Shown: one piece after another, positions 39,176-51,465 of the stretch
How the letters are laid out: every line of letters begins with the position of its first letter
Position numbering within the stretch: the first letter of the stretch is position 1
From: Paramecium tetraurelia
Taxonomy: Eukaryota
Assembly: GCA_000165425.1 (NCBI GenBank)
Contig: CT868033.1
Span: 124,001 to 188,000, forward strand
Length of the DNA stretch: 64,000 nucleotides
Direction of reading: 5' to 3'
Translations under genes and position numbers: made by a program
The notes under the pieces: generated by a model
Database searches by the model: none
The model's input: only the letters and a program-made list of their open reading frames with translations
Told to the model about the DNA's origin: nothing

Positions 39176-40711
39176 TCATTATTAAAACCTGCTAGCACCA
39201 TATCTAACTTCCAATCTTAGATTATCATCAATTGTTAATCCTGCACAGACTTTAACTAGATTTTCAAGCATAGCTCTTTGTCTTGATAAAGAATTGATGG
39301 TAGTGATTCCACTCTCAGATTTGGGAGCTTTCATCAAGTAACTCAACCAGGACAAGACTGTGTCAAATCTTTGGTATTCAGAAGCATCCTTGGAGAATTG
39401 AATTCTCTCGAACAATTCACATAATAACAATAGATCCATAATCAATGGAGCAGCCAATAATGAATCTTCACAAACATTGTAAACTGCAAAAGTCTATCTT
39501 CCTCCCAAGAAGATTTCAGCAATATATTCATCCATAGCCTTCTTGCTGTCACCAGTTTCAGGGCAGTACTTAATGACAATAGTATGATCAATATTCAATT
39601 CTTCCTCTGTTGGATATAACACTTTATTGGATTCCAAGATGTCATCAACACAAGTCTTCTTACTTCTTTCCTTGCTTTTGAAACAAGACTCTTATGATAA
39701 ATTTTTTCCATCATTATTTCCCAAATGATTATAAGAGATAATGGCTTTTGGTTTGATACCAGCACCAACCAAATATTCAACTAAACAAGTCTTAAATTTA
39801 GTTTATCCAGTCTTGAAATCATCTCCAGCTACAAAGACTCCAGCTTTTTCTGCTAATTCAATAACTCCTGGAACAATAGTATTTTATGGTGATCCATTAA
39901 TAAATGAACATCCTTCTAAGCAGGCAGCACATGCAAAGATTGTAGATGCACTTATTTCTGGATGACTAGATTCAATTGACTATAATAATCTCTCGGCTGT
40001 TCCATGAATATTTGGATCTTCAACACAAAATCTCTCTGTGTTTGCTGTCCATAAGAGAATTACTTTATCCAAATTATTTTATTATTTGAAATCTGCAATA
40101 TTCTTTCTAATTATGTTAAGATGCTCTAATTTATTGTCTCCTGGAATGACGTTGTCTGCTCTATCTCCTTAATTAGCTGCTATGAAGTCTGGATAATAGA
40201 TCGAAGGTAAGGGGACCAATTTCTCTAAATATGGTCTCAATTTCTATTGCAAATCGTATTCAACAACTTATGCTCTGCTCATTGCATCAGCCAAATTCAT
40301 TGAACTGATATCCCATCCACCAAATACTATATCACATGGATTAACCATTGGTAACACATCTTTGAATGGAACGAATACTTCTTCAGTATTGCATGTACCA
40401 ATCTTAATGACACTGCTTTATGTAAGAGATCCATAAAAATTTGGTTGATGAGTCCCTCCTTTGCTATTCCATGTAATATTGAATTTGTTTGCCAATATAC
40501 CACCAGTAAGAGTTGTTCCATTATTTCCACCCCATCCTACAAGCATAACACCTACCTTTGGTATTCTGGTGTCAGTCTTGAACTTGAAACTTGTTATCTA
40601 TGGTTTTGCTATGTACTTGTCTCCATTCTTTTCAATATTGGTTGACTTGTAATCATAGTCTGAAATTAAGAAGCGACCATCTTATTGAGTTGTGGTTGAT
40701 TAGACTTTCAT
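39176..40711 (-). CDS. INO1: Myo-inositol-1-phosphate synthase (511 aa, intronless)
   Basis: [67 protein letters not shown]. Confidence 0.95.
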
Positions 40712-40765
40712 TGATTGAATTAATTATTAATCAAATACATACAATTAACTATTTGTAAATATTCG

Positions 40766-40868
40766 AGTGCGCATACATTTTACTAATAATTAATAAATGC
40801 GCATATATTAAAAATAAGTGCGCACTTGACTATAATTATAAACAAATATATTAATTGAGAATGCGTAT
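40766..40868. promoter_or_regulatory. Cluster of TGCGCA palindromes upstream of INO1
   Basis: TGCGCA at 40768, 40798 and 40819 and TGCGTA at 40862, in otherwise very AT-rich DNA 56-155 bp upstream of the ATG. Confidence 0.5.
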
Positions 40869-41182
40869 ATAATATATATACAATGTTAATTATAATTTTA
40901 ATATTATTTAATAAATCCTAATTAATCATTATGTCATCATCAAATAAAAACTAGTTCATGAAATTAATTATGTCATTTGTTTATCAAATAATGTAAAAGT
41001 TTGATCACTTCTAAATTAAGCTAATTCATCAATGAGATTCTATATCGATACTCAGATGTTTTAAATGAAATAAGGTTGTATATCTTAGTTATTTTTTTAA
41101 CACAGTAGATAATTAGATAATTGTATTAAGTAGTCATATTAAAATGAAATATATATATATATATAAAAACGGGTTAACTAAA

Positions 41183-41985
41183 TCATTAAGGCATGAGCAT
41201 TAATTCAGCCTAATAGCCGGCTATCTGTTTGAGTAGTATTTCAGATGAGGGTGTTTTTTTTATATTATTTTGATGATATGCCTTAAGACAAAGATTTAAC
41301 TTAATCATGAGCGAGGTTCTTTTGTCAAAGTATAGTTGATGATCCAAAAGAGAGTCCAACTAAGTAATCTCATTAGTAGCAATGGTTATCACAGAAGATT
41401 TAGAAGTTCTGATGTTGAATTAGTACTGACATGGATTTAATAGTTTTTTTGGTTGTTTAATTACTTCTTATTCTTCCTCATGAGAGTTGGCCTTGGTTGT
41501 GATTAAGGATTGAGGTGGAGATACTTCAGATGGCTTAGTTACAGGAGGAGGAGTGTATTTGATGGTCTTCTTGAATTTGATAGTCATGGCAGCTTTGAGG
41601 ATTTGATAGAGTATATTGACGATGCGCAATACTCTTAAGAGAAGAGCGGCAGCGTAGATAGTTTCAGTATTAGTGATAACCTCTAAGATGACAAGGAGAT
41701 CGAAGAACATGAAGCACCCATATATAAATTGAAGTGGATCTTGGAAATTACGAAAGTATTTATAAATATCTGGGGTAAGTAGTGAGGCTACGACATATCT
41801 CACCTAGCTAAGGAACACCATCATACCTTGGTGTCTGAGTAATTATTGTACTCATGAATGAGTGACAATCTCCATACTCCCTAAGCTGGCATTTTTTAAG
41901 GCGACCTCAATCTATCCAATAAAAGAACATTCAATGTCAGTTCTACACTTCCCCAAATTAGTTCACCCAAGTTTCCCTCTATCAT
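41183..41985 (-). CDS. Hypothetical membrane protein (5' exon structure uncertain)
   Basis: Hydrophobic FIYGCFMFFDLLVILEVI and IYAAALLLRVLRIVNILYQIL followed by a soluble tail; 5' part needs two inferred short introns. Confidence 0.55.
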
Positions 41986-42022
41986 AGATCCGTTTTAATA
42001 TATTAATAAATTATATAAATTA

Positions 42023-42737
42023 TCATATTTTCCCTCTTGTAGCAAAGTAAAATGCCAACCCAGCCAAACAACCACCCAAATGAGCATCATGACCAATACC
42101 ACTTCCATCACCTTATCCTGCCCAACCTTAGTATAGTATCAACAATCCCACTACCCATGCTGGCACTGGAATAAAAAACAATAAAATTATCTCTCTTGGA
42201 AAATTGCAAATATAATATGTTAATAAAGCATTGCATGCAGCACTAGCACCCAATGATACCCCTGCTTATCTTTATTACATCAATCCTCCCACCAATGCTC
42301 CTGCCAAATATACTGCCAGCAATCTCTTTGATCCGAAATATGCCTCTATTGTCCTTCCAAAGAAGTAAAAAGTCACCATATTGAATACTTAAAATTTCTA
42401 GAATTTTTACATAGATGTAATGTATTCTAATGTGAAAATGAATATGTTATAAATGTATGCAATTCTCTTAAACTCATTGATCCGGGATGGAGAGTAAAAT
42501 GTTTATACATGAAATTCTAGTCGATATTTAATGAGCATTTACCTTGTCAAATGCAGGAAAATGCCATAATGCATACACGCCAACATTTATTCCTATTAAG
42601 TAAAAGTAAAGTGGCATTTATAATCTGTCTAAGAATCGATCCACTTTTCCATAATGGAATTGTGGCTTATGATTCAGCAAAAATGTTTGTTTCAATTATT
42701 ATGGTGATTTTGATAATAATTTTGCTATTTTTAACAT
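42023..42737 (-). CDS. Rhomboid protease, mitochondrial PARL/Pcp1-like, 2 introns
   Basis: Basic N-terminal presequence-like MLKIAKLLSKSP; HLLFNM, GASAA (catalytic Ser), AHLGG (catalytic His). Confidence 0.85.
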
Positions 42738-43189
42738 TAATAATATTAATAATATAATATTATTATTATCTCAAATCGAATATGATAAAGTTGAGATTCA
42801 AAACATTCCAAATGGTTTCCATCGATAAATAAAATAAACTTCCTTATAATCTAAATATTTATAATTACCTTATAAGATTGATTGATTAATATATACAATA
42901 CAAAAGTTAAGAATCCACACACATGTACAATAAAGATGAAAAAATAATTGAAGAAGGCACATCACAAGTCAGATAAAATATATAATTTCATATTTATTAA
43001 AAAATAAAGAGCTTAAACAATTGATACCAAGGATCCCAATTAAGATAGAACAAAACAAAATGATAAATAGTTAATTAATACAGATTCAGGACAGTATAAA
43101 TAATTTGAAGATGTAAATTATATACATCCTATATAATTTGTCCTCTGATTATTATTTATATTATTAAAACTACTATAGTTTTATATTCA

Positions 43190-46044
43190 TCATTTGTTCT
43201 TTAACTATTCTTTTAGTTCTATAATTTCTTATTATAACAATTTTATGAATTGCTCTTAATGAGTCATTTAGGCCTTTGTAATTTCATCCCTTATCTATTC
43301 TTGCAATTGATTTTATTTATTGTTTTCCAATAATTAGGAGGACTTGCATTATAACTCAACTGCTAATTTTTGAACCATTATTTATGAGTCATTCAACTTG
43401 ATTATTAATTCGTTCTTCTCTTATTTCAATTGATCAACTTAGTTTAAAATGAAAATATTTTATTGATCAAAGTGATCATACTAAAATTACTATTATTCAA
43501 TAGATGTTTCTAACTCATAAATCTAATTCAATAATGCTTAATTATCAAATTCTAATTATACAATCCTTTCACTTTTTTAATTCATCAATGACGTCAGTTA
43601 ATCTAATTCATTTATTAAAGTCTCCAATTAACCAGAGAATAGCAATTTTTATCTGAATGCGCTCTATTACAACTATTATTCATAGGTCAATATTTATTAT
43701 TTCAATTATCTGTTATTCAAGATCTATTCATCTAATTAAACTTATAATCTTTTATTCTTTTCTTTGAATTGCTCTTCCAGTTTGTAAATGTATTATTGAA
43801 ATTAATTGACCTGTGCTTTCAAGTTTGCTATTTCAGAGTGGTAGAAATCGTAACTTAATTCTATATGAGGAGTTTCTTAGGTACTCGAAAAGTGTTGCCA
43901 ATCTCTGACTGTATATTCTTACATAAGTAAATTTTAATTATAACAGCTAAATGTATTAATATATTCATGAGTCACTTATTTTAATCAATTTTTTGGCCTC
44001 CCTTTATTATTTGAGCAATCTTTCTTGCATTTTCTTATATTTTCCTTGAAAGAGTTTAGTGTCATCCTTCAAACGCTTCCATTTAATCGGCAGAAAGCAT
44101 TATTCTTTAGTCATTAGATTATCCATTAATAATTTTTCATGATACCCATTATGAATTCTTTTGACATATTCATATTTCATGATATCAGGATGATCAATGA
44201 ATTCATGATGATTTTGGTCATCAACAAATTCTCTCTAAGTGGTAGGTTGTGATTTTACAATTTGTCTTGATTCTGTTACTGTTTAAGATTTAACAATTTA
44301 TCTCAATTCCCTTTAACTGGCAGGCTACGATTTAATATTTTATTCTCTTTGAATAATAGGTTAAGATTTATTATTTTATTCCTTTTGACATATTGGTTAT
44401 GATTTGATAATTTACACTTAATAAGGAATATACAATGGATTCAATCTTTCAGATTCTAAAATGAGATCAGAAACTTTGTCAATTTCAATTGCTTAATATA
44501 ATTTGGTATTCAAAATGTTTAAAGGTATTTTAGTTCTTTATTAGGTTCTGTTTTCGGAATCTTGTGAAAGTTTCCGAAAAACTTCCCATGATTCTTTGAG
44601 AGTCTTCACTTCTTTGGCAGACTCTTTCATCTTATCATGGACTTTACCTGATTTAAGAACATTCATTTTATCTTTCCCCATTTCCAATTTAGTCGTGTTG
44701 GATCTCTTTTTATGAATCGAATTTTGACCTTCTCGATATTCTTCTGAAACTTACATAGTGCATCTTCTCTTCAATTGCTAAACATACATGGACTACTTTC
44801 TTTATAGTCTTGTATATAAGAAATCCTCAGGTTTCATTTACTTAACTTATTAATCCAAAATTTTCGCATTTATTTCCTAAAGGCATTTTGTCTTCTTATT
44901 CTCATCATAATACATATTCCTAATCTTGTTGTTTTTCAATTCTACATACTCCTTGTATTTTTAAACTCTATCCTTTATCTATTATTTAAAATGATCAGAC
45001 ACTCTATAAGCTTATTCATTTCCGATGAACAATACAATATCATCTCCACAAATAAATTGTTCACAGCGAAACCCTGTCTTTACATATTATGGAGTAGGAT
45101 TGTAAGCATTCCATTAATAGAGACGACCAAGTTGATCCACACATGCAGCTTACTTCGAAGTCACCTCAATCTTACGAATATTTGAATAAGTATTTGGCAT
45201 CTACAATTCCTTTATATTCAAAGCTTCCTCAAAGCTCATACTCTTCAATCCACTACCCCACTCATACAATATTCCTTCTTAGTTTAATACTAAACTATAG
45301 CTGATCCCACACTAAACATCTTAAATATCTTCAAGTTAAGTGATTCTTGTTGGACATTATACAAAAGTTTGGAAAGAATAACCAGCCATCTACAATCCTA
45401 ATTCTCCATTCTTACCATTACCCCAAGAATAAACCCAATTGTTCTCATCCAAAGCCAACGCATGGGTGTTTGAACAAGCTACCTTCCTTACCTTATTCAT
45501 TATTAATACTGGTTTTGATGTTGAGACTACATTCAGTTTTGCTCCTAATAAACTTGTAAACCCCTATCCAAACAACTCTCCATTTGAAATATAATAGAAA
45601 CGCTCGTTTTAAGCATTTAGTTGAGTTACTGATTTCACTGGAACCCATTTGGCACGCAAGCACTTCCCTTTAAATTAAGAACAAGAGAAATTGCTCTCAC
45701 CCCAGTAGTACATTCTATCTTAATAATAACCATATGAGTAAGTCTCCGAACAAGATATTAGGCTATAATTGCACTCTAATTTTAAAGGTTTCTTTTGTAC
45801 ATCAGAGATTTCTCCCAAACCCAATTGTCCATGTGAGTTGTCACCAAAAACCCAAATATCATCTCTATTTTCATAACATTTGTTTATTGTACTTCTCTCC
45901 TAATAAAAAGAATGATCGAAACGATCCATACATTCTTATTATTCTGGCATCTAATGGGATATAATTCACTGAACCCACAGGTTTAGAAATCACCAAATCA
46001 GTTCGGCCAATAAAGAACACTACTTTAAATTGCACAACTACCAT
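43190..46044 (-). CDS. Large protein with RCC1-like N-terminal repeats and long coiled-coil C-terminus
   Basis: WVFGDNSHGQLGLG, LYCWG, HALALDENNWVYSWGNGKNGELG repeats; Q/E-rich heptads at the C-terminus. Confidence 0.7.
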
Positions 46045-46539
46045 TGCTCAATTACATAGTTTATTAATTTCTAATTATAAATTATTTATTATATCAAATA
46101 GAGATAACCATTATAATTATGAAATATTAAATTATGGCATTTCATAAATGCAATTTCCATTCTAAATTTTACATATTATACAATTTTGAAATATTAAGGG
46201 AATATCATTACATAATATTAATCTGTTAAGTTTTATTATGTGCTAAATAAAAAAGTTCTAATCCTTTTTGGTTAAAGTAAACAATAAGCGAATTAACAGT
46301 TTAAACTGTAAATGAAGATAATCATAAAAATTAAAATCATTTTCCTCATATCATTTTAGAGAATGATATGGATAAAATTATTGATTTTATAATGTATTAT
46401 ATAATAAATTTTTATATTTAATTTTTAATGTAAAATAATTGGATATTGATTTAAGATGGCACTCACGAGTCTTTATCTCTAACTACTATATACTTTATGT
46501 AGATTAATAATAAATATTGAGAATATAATAATTTTTGAG

Positions 46540-47095
46540 GAATAAAGAATAAAAATAGAATTATAAATATAGATATTATATTTTGAATATAATGATGATT
46601 ATGAAACTCATGCTAGTTATGCGTCATTAACTTTAGTGAAGAATAAAGAATAAAAAAGGGAATATAAAAATAGGATTATAATTATAGATATTATATTTTG
46701 AATATAATGATGATTATGAAACTCATGCTAGTTATGCGTCATTAACTTTAGTGAAGAATAAAGAATAAAAATGGGAATATAAAAATAGGATTATAATTAT
46801 AGATATTATATTTTGAATATAATGATGATTATGAAACTCATGCTAGTTATGCGTCATTAACTTTATTGAAGAATAAAGAATAAAATGGGATTATAAAATA
46901 GGATTATAAATATAGATATTATATTTTGAATATAATGATGATTATGAAACTCATGCTAGTTATGCGTGCATTAACTTTATTGAAGAATAAAGAATAAAAT
47001 GGGATTATAAAATAGGATTATAAATATAGATATTATATTTTGAATATAATGATGATTATGAAACTCATGCTAGTTATGCGGCATTAACTTTATTG
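46540..47095. repeat. Tandem array, 5 copies of ~114 bp, derived from the 3' end of the SF-assemblin gene plus a purine-rich linker
   Basis: AGATATTATATTTTG recurs at 46571, 46686, 46801, 46914 and 47028 (periods 115/115/113/114). Confidence 0.95.
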
Positions 47096-47958
47096 CAAGT
47101 ATCTTCTAATAAAGCTAGGAGTGTTTCTTCAGTTGATTCTCTAGATAATAATAATAAGAAAATAGAAACCTTTATTTTTTTTCATTATCTACTTCAGTTT
47201 TAATTCTATTGACAACATCTTTTAACATATCAAAGATTGCTTATTCTGATTCTTATCTATTAACTTTCTCTTATACTAATAATTAATTTAATTTGCTTAA
47301 TTCTTCATTCATTTTTCTAGATATATTAGAATCCATTTCTTCTCTTTCTGCTACTTCTGTCTTTATAGCTTCATGTAATCTTGGTAAATCAGTTTCTAAA
47401 CATTAATTCAATCTTTCAATATTCTCATTTCTTGTTCTACTTTCTGTACTCAATTCACTTCTTATTAATCCTGTCTTTTCTTCAATAAATCTTATTATCT
47501 TCTATTCTCCATCTTTTCTTGTTGATGTCAATCCTTCAACTGCTTAATTGAATGAATTCTCTAAATCTATGTATTCCTTTTGTTTCTATTCAAAATGTTA
47601 TTCTCTTTATAATTTTGTTTAATCCAACACTTTCTATAATTTCAATACACTATCTTTTATCAAAGCTACTCTTTAACTCAATTATTCATTCAATTCATTC
47701 AATCCAGATTCCAATTAATCTAATCTTGTTTCTGATTCCTCTATTCTTTTAGTCTAAATTAATATTTATTATTTTATTACTCTCTCTCCTTCTATTGTTA
47801 AATCCATTTAACTTAATTAAGAACTTATTTTTGCCACTCTCTCTCTTGATGGTGAATAATCTAAACTATCATACCATACATTACTTCGATTATTTGACAT
47901 ATCTAACTGATTATTTGAATTAAAAGATAATATTAATATAAATAAATTTATTGTTAAT
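47016..47958 (-). repeat. Left arm of 943-bp inverted repeat (copy of 51466-52408)
   Basis: Reverse complement matches 51466-52408 with no difference seen by eye; the ORF track gives the same 66-aa peptide at 47552+ and 51672-. Confidence 0.95.
47065..47900 (-). CDS. SF-assemblin family protein, duplicate copy
   Basis: Inverted copy of 51524-52359 including its 3' intron. Confidence 0.7.
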
Positions 47959-48360
47959 TTATTTGCTAAAATATCATTCTTAATGAATATTTTACAAAAA
48001 TCATGATTAAATAGAAAACAGTTTAATTTACATCACTCTTATGTTATGGATCGTTAATTTTTGTAAATCTAGTGCCAGTTCTAACTAACTGAAGTTTGTT
48101 AAAGTGTTATTAAGATTTTTTAATTGTTACGTTATGATTAGTTTTATTAAGAATAAATAAGTTCGAATTCTTTAAATAAATCATAATAATAATTAGCAAT
48201 AAAAAATAGTATTTGCAAATGAAATTGAAGCATATTTAAGTTTAGTAGAATTTAAGATTATTATTGAAAAAGGTTAATACATAAATAAAATTGTAATTCT
48301 TATACATAAGTGATAAGTTAATAAATCAGCCTAGATATAATTTAATTAGTAATATATAAA

Positions 48361-49635
48361 TCAATCATATTTAGAGTAACTTCGATATTTAAAGCTTTAT
48401 TTTCCTTTTAATCCTGTTTTGGTAATAAAATTTATTTTAGTTGTATCAAATCTAAATGATTATTCCTTTGGCCTTCGATTTGGTTGTTTGTAGATTGTTT
48501 ATTAGTTTTTGGGTGAAGATTTATTACTTTGTACATTATTAGAAGTTTTTTTTTACAAAATATGTTTATCTTATTGTTTAAGATTAATATCTCTTTCTTA
48601 AAATTCTCTTTTTGAATTCTGTCTGTCAGATTATAATTACAAATTCCTCTGTGGTTTTTCTGAATAATTGAAATCAAGACGATTTCTTTAAACGATAACT
48701 GTTTTATTCAGAGGAGAGGCTTATTATTTTTTAGGGTTAGGTTTAGTGGACGATAAATATGAAGGAGGTTTTAAACACACCCTTATCAAGTCTTTATAAT
48801 TTTTAGGTGGAGTATTATTAGGCTATGTGTTGCTTGGAACGCTGGATTATCTTGGAACTGTCTTTTCATAGAAATCGTTAAAGAATTTTCCCTTTTTTCT
48901 GGTTCCATCTGAATAAATTAATTCGCCTTCTCCATGTTTTTTGTCATTAACATAGTATCCTTTGTAAGAGTATGTTGAACATCTATATTCTCCATAACCA
49001 GTTTTAAGACCATTTTAAAATTTTCCGTGAAAATAAGCACCACTAGAATAAAAGTATTCTCCAACTCCTTCAGGCTTTCCATTTTAATACATTCCTACAT
49101 ATCTGTCTCCATTTGCAAATAGTTCTTCTCCATAACCATGCTTCAAACTATCTTTAAACTCTCCTTTATATTGATCTCCATTAATCCATTTATGTTATCC
49201 TTTACCATTAGGTTTACCATCAATCCATTACCCTGCATACATATCACCCTTTAAACCCATCCAAGTTCCGTATCCATGTTTATTACCGCTGAACCATTCT
49301 CCTTCATAATATTCGCCATTAGCCCATGTAAATTTTCCTTGGCCTTCTGGTTTGCCATTAACATAAAGTCCTTTATAATTCGATTTAGATGGAAATACTT
49401 CCCAACCTTGACCATGTTTACGATTATTATTGAATTCTCCTTCATAAACATGGTCCTCCTCCATTAATAATACTCCTTTTCCATGTTTAAGACCATTGAA
49501 TACTTACCCAAAATAGATTTTATTCTTCGAAGATATTATACTAAAATTCGGCAGCTTCTTTAACTCTTCAAATGAATATCCCTTAGTATTATTCTAATAA
49601 TTTTGTATTCTTAATATTATCAGATTATCGATCAT
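48361..49635 (-). CDS. MORN-repeat protein (424 aa)
   Basis: About 10 repeats of YEGEF..G.KHG.G. Confidence 0.9.
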
Positions 49636-49695
49636 TTAATTAATTTATATTAAAATTAAAAAAAAAATTTCATTAATTATTAATTTGATTTTCAA

Positions 49696-51459
49696 ATGAG
49701 TGATGAAGAATCAGAAGATGAAAACAGATCCAAGTTCAAGTTATCTAAGACCCATCAATTAATTAATTAACTTGAACATAAGCTTTCTATTCTTGACTAA
49801 AATAATGCGCCTAATCTCTATCCTAATTCTAGAGATTCTCATCTCAAAAGCAAATAAGAATTGGAAAGAGAATTACAAGAATTTGAATAGAGAATGAAAA
49901 AACTTAATTAAACTGAAAATTCATAGTTACACTCTTCATAAGCAAAATCTATGTAAAAGTAGTCACCGCAAAAGTTGAACCTTTCTAATCCCATTTTATA
50001 ATTATTAACTCAAAAATTAGAGAATTTTGATGATGATAAAAATGCAATGTTATCGTCAAAATTAGATCATCATAATAGAGAATAATAAATACTTGAATAA
50101 GAATAAATGAACTTGCTAAGGGAATAATAGTAAGCAAAATTTGAATTAGAGTCTCTATTAAGAACTTTGGAGATTGAAGAATAACGTAGATTGAATGAAT
50201 AAAAGATATAAATTCTTAAAGAATAAGAAGAAAAATTACTTGATATCCAAGAGCAAAGTGAAAAGCTTATATAAGAAGAGGAAGAAAAAAAGACTAACTT
50301 TTTATTAGAATTGTAATAATTATCATTTGAAAAAAATTAACTATAAACACAATTATAAGTAGATATTCATTATATTCTATTTAGAACTTATCTAGGGAGC
50401 AGGAAATGCTCACTAGTAATAGAGATGAAGTATCAAACTAATTAAATACGTTAATGTAGTTGCATAATTAAATACTTTAAAATGATTTAAAAAAAAAAAT
50501 AGTACACCTTGAAGAAGAGCCAGATCCATCTCCACTCTAAAATCTATATCAAATTAATTAATAAATATAGGAATCAATGAACTAATAATTATCTCTAATT
50601 AGATAAGAACTGAATGAATAAAAATAAATTAATTTAGACCTATTATAGCTTTTAAATGGAGAATAGCAATAACAATAAACATAAAGACAAATGAATTCAA
50701 CTGAGATATAATTAGAATAGTAATAATATTAGTAATAATAATCTAACTCTTAACTACAATTTCAAATGTGTGTGAACAAACCTAATTATAATCAAAATGA
50801 AGACTTGGAGAGCGAGGAAAGTATTGTTATGATGTAAAAATATAACAATAATTAAAATGCTAATGTCTAAATTTAGAGAGACTTTAATCAACTTTTTGAG
50901 AAGCACAAGAAATAGTAATCTTTATTATTAATTAGATAATTCAAACCAAAATAAAAGATTCATTTGAAATAAACAAAAGCAACAGCAGAAAAAAGAAGAA
51001 GATCAATTGATCTCACTCAATCTAAATCAAAATCTAAGTCAAAAGAAAGAGAGAGTAACATTGCGAAGGATAAAGAGAAAAGAAAAACTCCCTTATCGTT
51101 TGAATAGACATATAAAAGAAATATCCAAGAATAGTTAAAAAAATTAAATTTCATTGTGGAAAAATCTTTGAATAATAAGTGATAAGTTAATAATCTTGTG
51201 TTTAGGAAGTAATGCACATGTACTGATTATAATTTTCATCAAATAAAGTATTCCACTTTCTGTATCTTTCTAGATAAAATAGTATATTATATAAAAAATA
51301 TTTGGCATAATAAAAAGCAATTAATTGCTGATTCTTTACAAAGAAATTGTTAAAACAATCGCAAAAGCAAGAGTTATTTAATAAAAATAGTTATCTGCTC
51401 TCTCAGTAACTTTATTAGCTAAGTCCCCTCGGATAGATAGATAATAACTTTTACATTGA
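49696..51459 (+). CDS. Hypothetical Gln-rich coiled-coil protein, several introns
   Basis: MSDEESEDENRSKF...; frame restored through short introns to ...KSPRIDRQQLLH*. Confidence 0.65.
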
Positions 51460-51465
51460 TAAACC

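Noticed and set aside
42900..43150. Possible small plus-strand gene between the rhomboid and RCC1-like genes
   Set aside because: Could not build a consistent ATG-to-TGA model with canonical introns
46540..47095. CRISPR-like repeat/spacer array
   Set aside because: Eukaryotic context, no cas genes, and the intervening linkers are near-identical rather than unique spacers
48731..48750. TTAGGGTTAGG telomere-like sequence
   Set aside because: Under two units, inside the MORN gene frame (KPNPK), and not the Paramecium TT(T/G)GGG repeat
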